Shown here: positions 9,331 to 19,067 of the stretch, piece by piece
Layout of the letters: each line of letters opens with the position of its first letter
Position numbering within the stretch: the first letter of the stretch is position 1
Origin: Candidatus Oxydemutatoraceae bacterium
Lineage (GTDB): Bacteria; Pseudomonadota; Gammaproteobacteria; Poriferisulfidales; Oxydemutatoraceae
DNA: 64,000 bases
Reading direction: 5' to 3'
NCBI GenBank assembly: GCA_965218975.1
Contig: OZ244717.1
Span: 1,536,001-1,600,000, forward strand
The notes under the pieces: generated by a model
What the model saw: only the letters and a program-made list of their open reading frames with translations
What the model was told of the DNA's origin: nothing
Databases searched by the model: none
Translations under genes and position numbers: made by a program

Positions 9331-10245
9331 TTAACCTCTCATCTTGTTTAAAAAATTTTCAATTCTACTTTTATTGTCTAAAAAACATCTATTCGCATAA
9401 GATTTCAGATTATCTAAATTACCAATATCGTCTATAGCATAATCTATATCAGAATTTACTCTAAGGTAATTTTCCTTCAAAATTAAATTTGATATATTGG
9501 TAGCGCCGACGGAAGACATGCTCAATAGATATTCTACTAATTTTGAAGAATTCCACCCTGTACAAAATCCCCAGCATTTCTTTTTTTTATCATAAGATAT
9601 TTTATTATTACCAGTTCCAATAGATAAAATAGAAATCTCATTTATATTTTTATTGAATTTGCTTACTGCTTCTGTAAATCCTAGAATAGAAGGATTATTA
9701 GCCCATAATCCCCCATCGCACAGAAAATAACTGTTATCCAGTCTTTGTGGGTCAAAATAAGTAGGGGCAGAACAAGAAGACAAAATAGCTTCGGATAGTT
9801 TTGTTTCTTTATCTCTAGTGTAATGTTCTATTTTAGACAAATAATTTGATTTATGAATATATACATTATTATTTAAAAGATCAGATGATACAATCATCAG
9901 CGGTTTTTCAATCTCTCCTAATTTTATATTCTCAAATTGTTTTTCTAAAACGTTTTTTAATCCTTCCTTTTTGTATTTACTTTGTAATACCCTTGAAGAA
10001 AATTTTCTTTTCTTAAATATCTCTTCCCCTTCCTTTTCGTATAATTCTGATATTCTGCCCATAGAAATATCCACTGCTACAGCACTAGATATTATTGCAC
10101 CTGTGCTTGTCCCTATTAATAAATCAAAAAACTTGTTTAAATCGATACTAAAATTTTCTTCTATTTTTTGTAAGATGATAGAAGTATAAAGTCCTCTTAT
10201 CCCACCACCATCTAAAGCCAGTATTTTAAATTTTTCATCTTTCAT
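9331..10245 (-). CDS. Patatin-like phospholipase, CBASS effector (CapV-like)
   Basis: LALDGGGIRG, GTSTG nucleophile, SAPTYF, DGGLWANNP; 2 bp upstream of the CD-NTase. Confidence 0.92.
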   Translation of the reverse strand: MKDEKFKILALDGGGIRGLYTSIILQKIEENFSIDLNKFFDLLIGTSTGAIISSAVAVDISMGRISELYEKEGEEIFKKRKFSSRVLQSKYKKEGLKNVLEKQFENIKLGEIEKPLMIVSSDLLNNNVYIHKSNYLSKIEHYTRDKETKLSEAILSSCSAPTYFDPQRLDNSYFLCDGGLWANNPSILGFTEAVSKFNKNINEISILSIGTGNNKISYDKKKKCWGFCTGWNSSKLVEYLLSMSSVGATNISNLILKENYLRVNSDIDYAIDDIGNLDNLKSYANRCFLDNKSRIENFLNKMRG

Positions 10246-10248
10246 AGC

Positions 10249-10445
10249 TTATCCCTCTACAACCACCACTTCTTGCCCCAGCATATCAATAATTTTAACC
10301 GCTACTTTGCCTTTGATTGCTACTTGATATTTCCCTTGTGCTAAATCCCTTTTCTTCTTGAGAACATCGCTATAGGCGATATTAAAGACTTTGCCGTTGT
10401 AATCATTGTCTATCAAAACACAATTGATTGTTGCTCTAAAATCTT
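10249..10445 (-). pseudogene. C-terminal remnant of a probable site-specific DNA methyltransferase
   Basis: AT-rich frame ...CVLIDNDYNGKVFNIAYSDV...KVAVKIIDMLGQEVVVV* resembles C-terminal tails of adenine MTases; the 5' part is replaced by IS481 sequence. Confidence 0.55.
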
Positions 10446-10937
10446 TGTATCTCGGGAGCGAAAATGTAGCGGTGCACTCCGTGCTGATAACGCACGATCG
10501 TATCCAGGACGATGCAGTGCCCCGGGTTGCCCCCGGACACTGCACTCGGAAGTAACTTGGCTTGCGCACCCTGGAACAGCGCTTGAACGGTCGTTTTGTT
10601 TGTTTTTTGGCGTTCTCTTTTGGTATTCGGGCCGCTGCGGAATACAGCGCATCTTATAGCGTGTCTTATAACGGATCTTATCCGGCGCAGCCGCGATCAG
10701 ACGCGCAATCGCGCGGACACTTGGGCATGTTTCACCCTGCACCACCCTCATGCCGACAACGAACAGAAAGCGCCGCCCCGAATGTTACTGCCGAACGCTT
10801 TCCTGGGGGCCCTGCAAGAATCCTATTTTAGGGTGGCATCGTACAACCCGACGCCCCATCATTCACTGGGGCTACAATCCTCGATACAATCGCTCCTGAC
10901 TCACCACCCGGAGTGCCAAATGTTATGGACCTATACA
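10446..10937. mobile_element. Scrambled IS481-family remnant (minus-strand middle piece joined to plus-strand 3' end)
   Basis: 10446-10750 minus strand encodes PSVRAIARLIAAAPDK and PGHCIVLDTIVRYQHGVHRYIF. The plus-strand piece from ~10752 ends in CATTCACTGGGGCTACAATCC...TGTTATGGACCTATACA, nearly identical to 7560-7637. Confidence 0.75.
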
Positions 10938-10942
10938 ACTCC

Positions 10943-10973
10943 TTGACAAAAAAACTGCTTTGCCTTATACGAT
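10943..10973 (+). promoter_or_regulatory. Possible sigma70 promoter for the TM-TIR pair
   Basis: Perfect TTGACA at 10943-10948; TATACG at 17-bp spacing or TACGAT at 19-bp spacing; ~35 bp upstream of ATG 11008. Confidence 0.35.
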
Positions 10974-11007
10974 ACGAAAATTGAATCTGGCGTTTAGTAT
11001 AAAAATA

Positions 11008-11433
11008 ATGATGGACCAAGAAGAAAAAATAAAATATTTAGAATTTGTTCAAAACATTGTAACAAGAATGAATAATAACTCATTCCAAATTAAAAACTGG
11101 TGTGTTATTACTGTTTCGGCTATCTTTACAATTTCCATTTCTAAAGAAAATTTCTACATCTTACTTGTTGCATTATTGCCAATCATTTTATTTTGGTTTC
11201 TAGATGCTTATTACTTGACACAAGAAAGAAGATTTAGAGGGCTTTATGATCAAGCTATTAAAAAAGAAAGTAGTTTAGGAGCTTTTGAAATGAACACTTC
11301 GTCTTTTAGACTAGGGCAATATCGTTATTTTAAAGTTTTATCTTCAAAAACCATTTCTAGTTTATACATAACCATGATTATTGTAGTGTTAATTATGTTT
11401 TGTTTAATCCAATATAAAGGAGGCACATTATGA
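11008..11433 (+). CDS. Small ~3-TM membrane protein, candidate TIR-linked effector
   Basis: LEFVQNIVTRMNNNSFQIKNWCVITVSA...LLPIILFWFLDAYYLTQERRFRGLYD with three hydrophobic stretches; stop overlaps the TIR start (ATGA). Confidence 0.75.
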   Translation: MMDQEEKIKYLEFVQNIVTRMNNNSFQIKNWCVITVSAIFTISISKENFYILLVALLPIILFWFLDAYYLTQERRFRGLYDQAIKKESSLGAFEMNTSSFRLGQYRYFKVLSSKTISSLYITMIIVVLIMFCLIQYKGGTL

Positions 11434-11870
11434 GAAGAGTATTTTTTAGTTTTAAGTATAAAAAAGATGTTTCCAGGGCTATGGTTGTTAGAGAGAGTTG
11501 TGTGACGCAAGGTAAAGAAGCGGCAGGATTTATAGACAAAGCAAATTTTGAGAAAATAAAAAGGCAAGGTGATACAGCCATAAAAAGATGGATAGATGAT
11601 CAGATGGAGGGAACATCTGTAACAGTTGTTTTAGTGGGTCAAGAAACTTGTAACAGTCGTTGGGTTAAATATGAAATAAAGGAGAGCAAAGAAAAAGGGA
11701 ATGGTTTATTAGGTGTAGACATTAGTAAAATAAAAGATTTACAAGGCAATACTAGCGAAAGATGTGGACAAATCCCGGAAGGCTACTCATTTTATCTATG
11801 GAAAAATGATGACGGTTATAACAATTTAGGCGATTGGATAGAAGAAGCTGCGCGAAAAGCGGGAAGGTAA
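11430..11870 (+). CDS. ThsB-like (MTH538/DUF1863-type) TIR domain protein
   Basis: RRVFFSF.Y..D..R, IKRWIDDQMEGTSVTVVLVG.ET..SRWVKYEI (catalytic Glu present), GNGLLGV, DGYNNLGDWIE. Confidence 0.85.
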   Translation: MRRVFFSFKYKKDVSRAMVVRESCVTQGKEAAGFIDKANFEKIKRQGDTAIKRWIDDQMEGTSVTVVLVGQETCNSRWVKYEIKESKEKGNGLLGVDISKIKDLQGNTSERCGQIPEGYSFYLWKNDDGYNNLGDWIEEAARKAGR

Positions 11871-12029
11871 AAGGGGCAGGAAACAAAAAAGCCACCCCCC
11901 ATCATTCAACACAAAAGGAGGCGATTAAAGGGAACTACATACTTTAATCCGCAAAGCACGGGTTAGGGCTTCCGCTTTTCCAGCTTTCGTTGCTGCTTTA
12001 ATTCCTTGCCCGTTGGCCTGCGGTCTTCA

Positions 12030-12460
12030 TACTTTGCCCGGCTCATCTGGGAATTACTCATGATTGAGTAGTGGCTGGCCTACCCCAAGTGCCCAAAAAT
12101 GAACGCGCACATCGGGTGCTTCAACTGCACCGTCTGGCGTACGGTCCAAGAAGATTGTATTGATCATGGGAAGACCTGCTATTTACCGATACGCAAGCAT
12201 TCAATGACCGGTTGTGAAACCGTTTTGGCTTGGTAACAGATTATCAGCACAGTGCTTGTCATCCATGACGAGACTTGGTTCCGTCAAAGAGCGCCAGCCC
12301 CGACGTCCTTGTTGGGTCGTTCACCGCTGAAAACCGTTCAGTTTTCCGGGCGCGTCTCACCCGGCAACGGACAGAAAGCGCCGGTCCGAATGTTACTGCC
12401 GAACGTTTCCCTCAAAGCTCTTCAAGAATCCCATTCAGGATGGCATCGTGCAGCGGCTTG
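12030..12460 (+). mobile_element. Third IS481-family remnant containing a copy of the hairpin repeat
   Basis: WLAYPKCPKMNAHIGCFN...EDLLFTDTQAFN transposase fragment; 12362-12450 matches ~10753-10843. Confidence 0.7.
12259..12361. repeat. Third copy of the ~103-bp multi-hairpin repeat
   Basis: Aligns to 7044-7146 and shares the upstream CAGATTATCAGCACAGTGC (12237-12255 = 7022-7040). Confidence 0.9.
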
Positions 12461-12525
12461 AGCGATCCATCGCAGTCGGAAAACGCATCCGATATGTTTT
12501 CGGACACGTACAGGAGATACGGACT

Positions 12526-15500
12526 TTATCGTAACCCACCCAGCATAGCCCTGATATAACTATCCCTGTCTTTTTCCTGAAAAAGGATATTGCTTTTTTG
12601 CATTTCGCTTTTTTCTATTCGCCATAGTCTGCGCATCGTTGCGGACGGAGTGTTTGAAACAATAAATGACTGCAAACATACGTCCCGATTTTTGAGGCGT
12701 TGTTCGATTTCCTTGATGGTCTCGTAGAACCGGATCTTTGGATCGTCCCATCCGAGATTCCGGATTCCCTTGGGATCTATGAAGATAACCCGTTGTTGCT
12801 TATTCTCAAGCAACCACAAGATAAAGTCGGGGTAAAAGTTACCGGCTTCAAAAAAACCCACACCGCGGCCCCTGCTCAGGTTTCGTAACAGATAGAGTTC
12901 ACGGTCTTGAAAGAAGTTTGTATGATTGTCGTGGAACGCCTTTAGATCTTCGACGAATTGGTACTCGCCTTTGTTCAGCGGCGCAGGTTTGATCTCGACA
13001 ACGTTTTTATCCAGATAGAGCAGCGGTTGGTACAAATGTTCCCCGAACCATACGGCCTTCATGCCTTGGAATTCCCAACGCTTCAACTCACCCTTCTGGA
13101 TGATGGCTTTGAGGTCCTCGAGCTTGGCGACGATGTCTTCCCGCGACTTGTTGATCAGGATCCGGTAGTAGCCCTCGTCCGGCGAATCCTTCACACCGAG
13201 GAAATTCGGGTCGTCGTCTTCCAGGTAACGGTATTCAAGGTGAGGAAGCTCCCACTCGCGCTTGCGGAAGGTGTAGTAACGCTCGGTGTATTTCTTCAGT
13301 AGCGCAAGCACGATTTCTTCCCATAGGCGTATCTTCTCGTAAGAATCGCCGACCAACTCCTCCGCAGGGATTTGCAAGCGATACCAGCTCTGGTCTCCGA
13401 GCAGGGCCTCGACCCCCTGCCGTGCGAGATTCAGGTTGTACCAGCCGCGCTCGACCTTGAATCGCTCCAGATCGAAGCAAATACGGTCGAGATCGAGGAA
13501 GGCCACATGGCGGGGTGTCAGGTGGGTCTCGTTCGGCGCGGCATCGGCATCGCCGCCAACCAGACCGCCCGACTTCATCGCCTGAATCTTCGGATACCAG
13601 TTAATCACCACTTGATTTTGCCGAAGGTTGTGGTCATCCTGATTGTTCTCAGGGTCCGGTGGCATGAGGGTCGGGACGGGTGCGAGTTTACGAAATGCTT
13701 GACCGAACTCGGTGCTGACACCATTGATCGTCGTCTTGAGCCGGATCGTCTTGAGTCGAATCGTCTTGAGTTTCTGTTTTCCGAGGTTATTGATCACCGG
13801 CAGCACAAACTCAATGTGTCCATCGGGCAAACCTTCTTCGTTAAGAAAATCCCGAAACTGCGCCATGTAATTAGCATGAATGCCGAAGATGCCGAGTGTT
13901 TCGAGTACACCGATGTGTTTCGGCTGCCTGATACTTTCGGGAAGATCAATTTTACTGCTGCGTTTAAGGCTCAGACCGTAACCCTTGAGTCGCACGCCGC
14001 GTCCGAAGAGTTGGATGATCTGCGCGCCTTCCCCTTTGCCCACGTTCATCAGCCCCATTGTCGAGACGCGCCAGCTGCTCCAACCTTCGGTAAACTTCTT
14101 TGAGCCAATCAGCAGATGCACCGTTGATTCCGGCTTGTTGATCTCATGGAAAAGCGACCCCGAAAATTTGCGCTCGCCCGTAGCAAGACCTTTCTCATCA
14201 CACCGCCTTACCAGTTTGGTGTCGTCGCCCACGTTGATGACGCCAAAGGCATCGTTTTCGGCTCCCAGACGCAAGGCTATCTCGCCGGTTGCGCCTTGCA
14301 GGTTTTCAACATAGAGTCGACCGCCGCCCGGGGCGTTGAAGAGCGTCGCAAGCGTCTCATTGAAGACTTGCTCCGGAGAGAGGCCGCAGGTGTTGAGATA
14401 CGCGAAGCGCCCGCAGAACAAGTTCTTGCCCGTGGCGGTGACAAGGCCCTGATTGAGAACCCGGTCGATGCGCTGGATGCTGCCGACGTGGTCCGAGACG
14501 TAGCGCGCCAGGAACCTCAAGATCTCGACGATGTCCGAGGCATCCTGCGCGGCCAAGCCCTTGACGACCCGCCCGCCGACGAAGATCCACAGAGGATTCT
14601 CGATGTTGAACGGCCGGAAGGCGCCGCCTTGCTCGCGGTAGAGCCGTTGCTGTTGGAAGAACGAAAGCAAGGAGGCCACGAGGTACAATTCAAGGTGATC
14701 TCGTTGTGTCCCCTCGTCGAGATTGAGTATCTGGTAATCCTTGCCGAAACCGTCTTTATAAAAATAGCGATACGAGTAGTCGCACAGCGTGTTCTTTGCA
14801 TATTGTTCGGTAAGTCGGAGGTTACCCTTGACCGCTTGCCCAAAGGTCGCCGAGTACTCGAAGGAGAATCCCTTTTCGCACAGCGCATTGCGAAAGCGCA
14901 TCCAAGCGCCTCCTTTTCCTGCGCTCGCGCCGCGGTGCCCTTCATCCACGAGCACCAGATTGTTCCCCTCAAAGGCGTTGATGGCGATGGTCTTGTCGCC
15001 CATCTCGTCCTTAAGCTTGTGGATGTCGAGGATTTCTATCCTCTGCCCGCTAAACAACCCGCGCCCATCCTTGTTGAAGAGCTCCGCGTCGATGCCCGCC
15101 GCCTCAAACTCGCGCAGATGCTGCTGCGAAAGTCCTTCGTTGGGCGTAAGCAGGAGGATGCGGTTCAACTCGCGCCGCCGGCCGTGTTGGGTCAGAGCGT
15201 GCTGGTACTGTAGGATGTTGGCGTGCATCAGCAGCGTCTTACCGCTGCCGGTGGCCATCCAGAAGGCGAGCTTGTTTAGTTGCGGCCAAGCTTCAGCGGC
15301 TTCGTCTAAGGCGGCGATCTGGTCGGCCTCGGGCTTGTCCGCATTGTAGGTTGCCACTTGAGCGTTGATCTCCACCAGCAACGCCTTGGGATCACGGAAA
15401 TAGCGGTCCAGATAGATTTCGGTAAAGAGTAGAGCCAGATACTGAAAATACTTCCAAACGATTGGCTTCTCGCCGTGAGTAATTCGTCTTTCGTTCAGTC

Positions 15501-15762
15501 TTTGGGTGTGCCTGACGATGTTCTGATCGTATTCCAGCAGCAGTTCGGCGGGCAATTCTTTCAAATCGAAATGATGTTCCTTGAGCACAAGGTGGAAGCG
15601 ATGAATGTTGTTCTCGTCCAGTCCTTCCAGTTTCTCGTCGCGCAGATGTTCGGCCAGTTTTGCGAAATGTTGTACATTGAAAAGCGACAGCAGCCACCGG
15701 TTAAGTACCAGCTTATGAGCGAACGGTACTTGCGGCCGGTTCTTTGCGCGGCGTACCATCAC
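12526..15762 (-). CDS. Type III restriction endonuclease Res subunit
   Basis: [27 protein letters not shown] helicase motifs; C-terminal FYPDFILW...IDPKG PD-(D/E)xK nuclease; overlaps the mod stop. Confidence 0.9.
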   Translation of the reverse strand: MMVRRAKNRPQVPFAHKLVLNRWLLSLFNVQHFAKLAEHLRDEKLEGLDENNIHRFHLVLKEHHFDLKELPAELLLEYDQNIVRHTQRLNERRITHGEKPIVWKYFQYLALLFTEIYLDRYFRDPKALLVEINAQVATYNADKPEADQIAALDEAAEAWPQLNKLAFWMATGSGKTLLMHANILQYQHALTQHGRRRELNRILLLTPNEGLSQQHLREFEAAGIDAELFNKDGRGLFSGQRIEILDIHKLKDEMGDKTIAINAFEGNNLVLVDEGHRGASAGKGGAWMRFRNALCEKGFSFEYSATFGQAVKGNLRLTEQYAKNTLCDYSYRYFYKDGFGKDYQILNLDEGTQRDHLELYLVASLLSFFQQQRLYREQGGAFRPFNIENPLWIFVGGRVVKGLAAQDASDIVEILRFLARYVSDHVGSIQRIDRVLNQGLVTATGKNLFCGRFAYLNTCGLSPEQVFNETLATLFNAPGGGRLYVENLQGATGEIALRLGAENDAFGVINVGDDTKLVRRCDEKGLATGERKFSGSLFHEINKPESTVHLLIGSKKFTEGWSSWRVSTMGLMNVGKGEGAQIIQLFGRGVRLKGYGLSLKRSSKIDLPESIRQPKHIGVLETLGIFGIHANYMAQFRDFLNEEGLPDGHIEFVLPVINNLGKQKLKTIRLKTIRLKTTINGVSTEFGQAFRKLAPVPTLMPPDPENNQDDHNLRQNQVVINWYPKIQAMKSGGLVGGDADAAPNETHLTPRHVAFLDLDRICFDLERFKVERGWYNLNLARQGVEALLGDQSWYRLQIPAEELVGDSYEKIRLWEEIVLALLKKYTERYYTFRKREWELPHLEYRYLEDDDPNFLGVKDSPDEGYYRILINKSREDIVAKLEDLKAIIQKGELKRWEFQGMKAVWFGEHLYQPLLYLDKNVVEIKPAPLNKGEYQFVEDLKAFHDNHTNFFQDRELYLLRNLSRGRGVGFFEAGNFYPDFILWLLENKQQRVIFIDPKGIRNLGWDDPKIRFYETIKEIEQRLKNRDVCLQSFIVSNTPSATMRRLWRIEKSEMQKSNILFQEKDRDSYIRAMLGGLR

Positions 15763-18700
15763 AGGTCCTCAATTTCAAACATCAGGCGATGGAAGTCTTC
15801 CTCGATAAGCCGCGTCTTCCACAAATCGTTGGGGGTTTTGAGGTTTTCGAGATTGTTGCTGCCGTTGACGTAAATGAGATCGAGCTCATTATCCTTTGCG
15901 AGGTAACCTCGCTTGGTGAACCATTCGTCAAGCACAAGATTGTCTTGTTCCGGGTTTCCGGTAAGCTTGCGCCAGATGATGAGCGTTCGACGACCGTCCG
16001 GCGTGGTTCCTGTAACCGTGCGAAACCAGTACGGGCCGTTCGCATCTTTCTTGAGGCGGCCTTTCATCCGAAGGCGAAGGCGTTTCTCGCTGTCGCGCCG
16101 GAACGTGGCGCTGAAAGCCTGCGGCGCGGCGATGTGCCGAACCGTTAAGCCGATCAGCCAATTGAACGTCTCCAGAAGATCAGCGTTGACCATGCGGCTC
16201 TCATCCGACCCCGGACGCTTGACTTTGAGCTTGTACGCCGTGGGGTCGGCAAAGGCTTGCACATTGAGCAACGACTGACTGCCGCGCGTCTCAACGTTGA
16301 GCATATAGCGGAGAATGTACTGTTCTCTAAGTCCTTCCGCACCTTGTGCCTCAGCAGAGGTAAGTAAATCGGCCTGTCTGTCGGTTCGGTGTGTCTCAAG
16401 GTTGTTGAGCGCGTCTTCGTAGGATTCAAGCCGGACGACCTTGACGATGCGTGGGCTGCGCTCGGCTTCCTCGGGTGTGGCGAGGCGCTTGGGTTTGCCG
16501 TCTTTCCATGCCGGCGTGAAAGTAACCTTTTTGATGCGTGGCAGCAGCACTGTGTCGAAGTAGTCGCCCATCTCGACGAGGATGAAGCGCATTGGCACTC
16601 CAGTCGTGCGAACTATCTCCAGGATACTCTGCGCTGTAGTGCCTGACCCTGCGAAGTAGTCGAGAACAGTAGAGCCTGGCGCGCTTGCAAACGACAGCAG
16701 CCTACGCAGAAGCTGCGGCGGCTTGGGATTCTCAAAAAAATCACCATTGCGACCGAACTGCGATTGCAGTGAATATGCACCAAGACGCCCATCAAGATCC
16801 AACACGCTTCGGAACGAATCCTTGTAGTCACTGAGGTATAGCTTGATCTGAACGATGCGGTTTTCGTCTGGACCGTAAATGAGACGTCCCTTGTCAATGA
16901 AGTCGTGTCTCATCGTGCCTTCTGGGAACCTGTACCCATTTGCGGGCAATCGCATGGGTTTCCCCGTACGTGGATGCAAAATCTCGTACTCGTGGCCTCC
17001 CGGGTGGGGGTTGTGGACACTTTGGGAGCCCGTATAGACGCCGTCGCTGTCGACAAACTTATACCGGTCCACCTCACCGAGAACTGCGGCGTTGTCTCTG
17101 ATAAAGTTTCTCAAGTTAGATTGGATTGCCCTCAGCGTAGCGCCCTGCTCCTTCAGGCGTTCATATTCCTGGAGCAACAGCTCTTTCGCATCCGCGAAAT
17201 CATTCTTCCAAACGGGTGCCGCTGTGCCGATGTCTCTGACGTGGCACTGCACGTATTCGTGTTCGATGGCGATGCGAGTCGGATTGTTGTCACGAGCATT
17301 CCGCCAGACGACGGTGCCGGCGTCGTTGGTGGCTCCGAACGTCTCGTCCAGAAGCCAGCTGAGTTGACGGAACTCGTTGCCATCGATTGAGGAAAGAAAG
17401 GCTGCATCCTGTCGCAGGAGGGACGCGGACGACAAAACTCGGTCCTGCATCATCGAGAGCCATGAGGCACTTTGGTAGCCGTCCTTGTACGGGAACGCGT
17501 CCTTGCGGGTGTTATACGGCGGGTCGATGTATATACACTTCACCTTCTCGCGATACTGTGCCTGCATCAGGTTTAGTGCCTGAAAATTCTCGCTATGAAA
17601 TAGAACGCCATCCGTCTGCTCATCTATATCACTCATCGCTTCAAGTAGGCGCGCAGTAAACCTTTCATCAAAATGCCGCGTGTCTACCACCAGGGTTGAA
17701 TGCGCTTTTAGGAACTCGGGTTTGAGTTTTTTGCCGTAACCGGGCGTAGCCAAATCGCCCTTAATCTCGTCTATGGCAAACAGCTGCACCCACTCCTTGC
17801 GCTGAGTTTGATTTGCAGCGATTTCAGCATAGAATTTTTCCGGGATACACCCCGTCCGGATACACCAAGAGGTGCCCACGACGAACTTCTTCTTCAGCCA
17901 CAGCTTTTTCTGGAAGTCTTCAAGCTGCGCGAGGAAGTCAATGATCTTGCCCGCAATTTTTCGGATAACCTTGACCGTCGAGAGATACTGCTCAACGCGA
18001 GGCGCGGATTCGTTCTCTATATCGTCGAGATGCATGACTTCGTTCTTAATGTAAAAATCCAACTCCCGACGGAGGAAGGGCCCGAGATCCTTGTGGATGA
18101 AGTAGTCAAAGGTGTTGCGTGCGGTGTAGCGGTTCAGATGCGCTTCCAGGCGGCTGTACTCGGCTTGCTTGCCGTTAGTCATAGTATGCGGCTTTTTTAG
18201 CTCTGCAATCCATTCCGCCAATGCCGCGTCGGTTATGGTCTTTATGCGCTTGACGGCGAGCGTGATCAAATATTTTTGAACAGGTGGTTTATTTTTTCCG
18301 TTACGTTCGTCTTCGGGCCAATCGCTAAGCGTCGCCGGGCGGTATTCAAAGCGGATGACGAGCTCCTTGCCTTGCTCACCGTCTTCCTCGGTTATAAAGT
18401 CACGGTCCGAGCTTCCCGGCGCTGCCGGAAGAAACACACGGTTGTTTTCTTCACGCGCTTTGACGTTGCCATGCTCGCCTTCGGCAACGTCCGCCAGCCG
18501 AAAGTGCACGCGCATAGGTTTCTTTTTGTCGTCAGGCCGCAGGCGAAATGCGTAATCGCACAGGTACTCGCTCGTTTTAATGTAGTACTGATCCTTGTTG
18601 GCCCAATGAAGCATGACTTCCTCGCCTTCATAGGGGACGGCATAAACGCCCGGCTTGTAAACGCGTTTTGCGAGAAAGTCGCCTTCGGAGTAGTAGCGGC

Positions 18701-19055
18701 GAAAGAAACCATACAGGCGATCGTATACTTCGCTCTCCAATGCGTTGATATCGACGGCATCGTCTCGGAGCCGGGCGCGTAGTTCTTTGACCTTGGGCGA
18801 GTCGTCCGGATTCATTCCGGCCGTCTTAATACCCGCGATCACCTCGGACAGTTCCTCCTCGATCCTTACTTTGTCGACGGTTCTGTACTGCCCAAAGGCT
18901 GTCTGCACCTGCGGCAGCAGGTCATCGTCGAGAAACTGTGATACTTCAGCACTCTTGGCGTGCATTATTCGGTAAAGACCGAAATCCAGATCGGGCCGGT
19001 CGAGCTGGAACAGCTCTTTCAGCAGTATTTTCAGCTTTTCGTACTTTTTGTTCAT
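15759..19055 (-). CDS. Type III N6-adenine methyltransferase Mod subunit (long form, 1098 aa)
   Basis: IYIDPPYNT catalytic motif, then TRD, then NPKP...[12 protein letters not shown] motif (beta class); long N-terminal extension. Confidence 0.92.
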   Translation of the reverse strand: MNKKYEKLKILLKELFQLDRPDLDFGLYRIMHAKSAEVSQFLDDDLLPQVQTAFGQYRTVDKVRIEEELSEVIAGIKTAGMNPDDSPKVKELRARLRDDAVDINALESEVYDRLYGFFRRYYSEGDFLAKRVYKPGVYAVPYEGEEVMLHWANKDQYYIKTSEYLCDYAFRLRPDDKKKPMRVHFRLADVAEGEHGNVKAREENNRVFLPAAPGSSDRDFITEEDGEQGKELVIRFEYRPATLSDWPEDERNGKNKPPVQKYLITLAVKRIKTITDAALAEWIAELKKPHTMTNGKQAEYSRLEAHLNRYTARNTFDYFIHKDLGPFLRRELDFYIKNEVMHLDDIENESAPRVEQYLSTVKVIRKIAGKIIDFLAQLEDFQKKLWLKKKFVVGTSWCIRTGCIPEKFYAEIAANQTQRKEWVQLFAIDEIKGDLATPGYGKKLKPEFLKAHSTLVVDTRHFDERFTARLLEAMSDIDEQTDGVLFHSENFQALNLMQAQYREKVKCIYIDPPYNTRKDAFPYKDGYQSASWLSMMQDRVLSSASLLRQDAAFLSSIDGNEFRQLSWLLDETFGATNDAGTVVWRNARDNNPTRIAIEHEYVQCHVRDIGTAAPVWKNDFADAKELLLQEYERLKEQGATLRAIQSNLRNFIRDNAAVLGEVDRYKFVDSDGVYTGSQSVHNPHPGGHEYEILHPRTGKPMRLPANGYRFPEGTMRHDFIDKGRLIYGPDENRIVQIKLYLSDYKDSFRSVLDLDGRLGAYSLQSQFGRNGDFFENPKPPQLLRRLLSFASAPGSTVLDYFAGSGTTAQSILEIVRTTGVPMRFILVEMGDYFDTVLLPRIKKVTFTPAWKDGKPKRLATPEEAERSPRIVKVVRLESYEDALNNLETHRTDRQADLLTSAEAQGAEGLREQYILRYMLNVETRGSQSLLNVQAFADPTAYKLKVKRPGSDESRMVNADLLETFNWLIGLTVRHIAAPQAFSATFRRDSEKRLRLRMKGRLKKDANGPYWFRTVTGTTPDGRRTLIIWRKLTGNPEQDNLVLDEWFTKRGYLAKDNELDLIYVNGSNNLENLKTPNDLWKTRLIEEDFHRLMFEIEDL

Positions 19056-19067
19056 GCAGTCTCTTCT

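Noticed and set aside
10249-10569. 106-aa ORF as a fourth CBASS gene
   Set aside because: It is a chimera of IS481-derived sequence and an MTase-like tail.
12958-18782. Long plus-strand ORFs (e.g. 14146-15213, 13372-14103) opposite res/mod
   Set aside because: These are antisense shadows of GC-rich coding sequence with no recognisable motifs.
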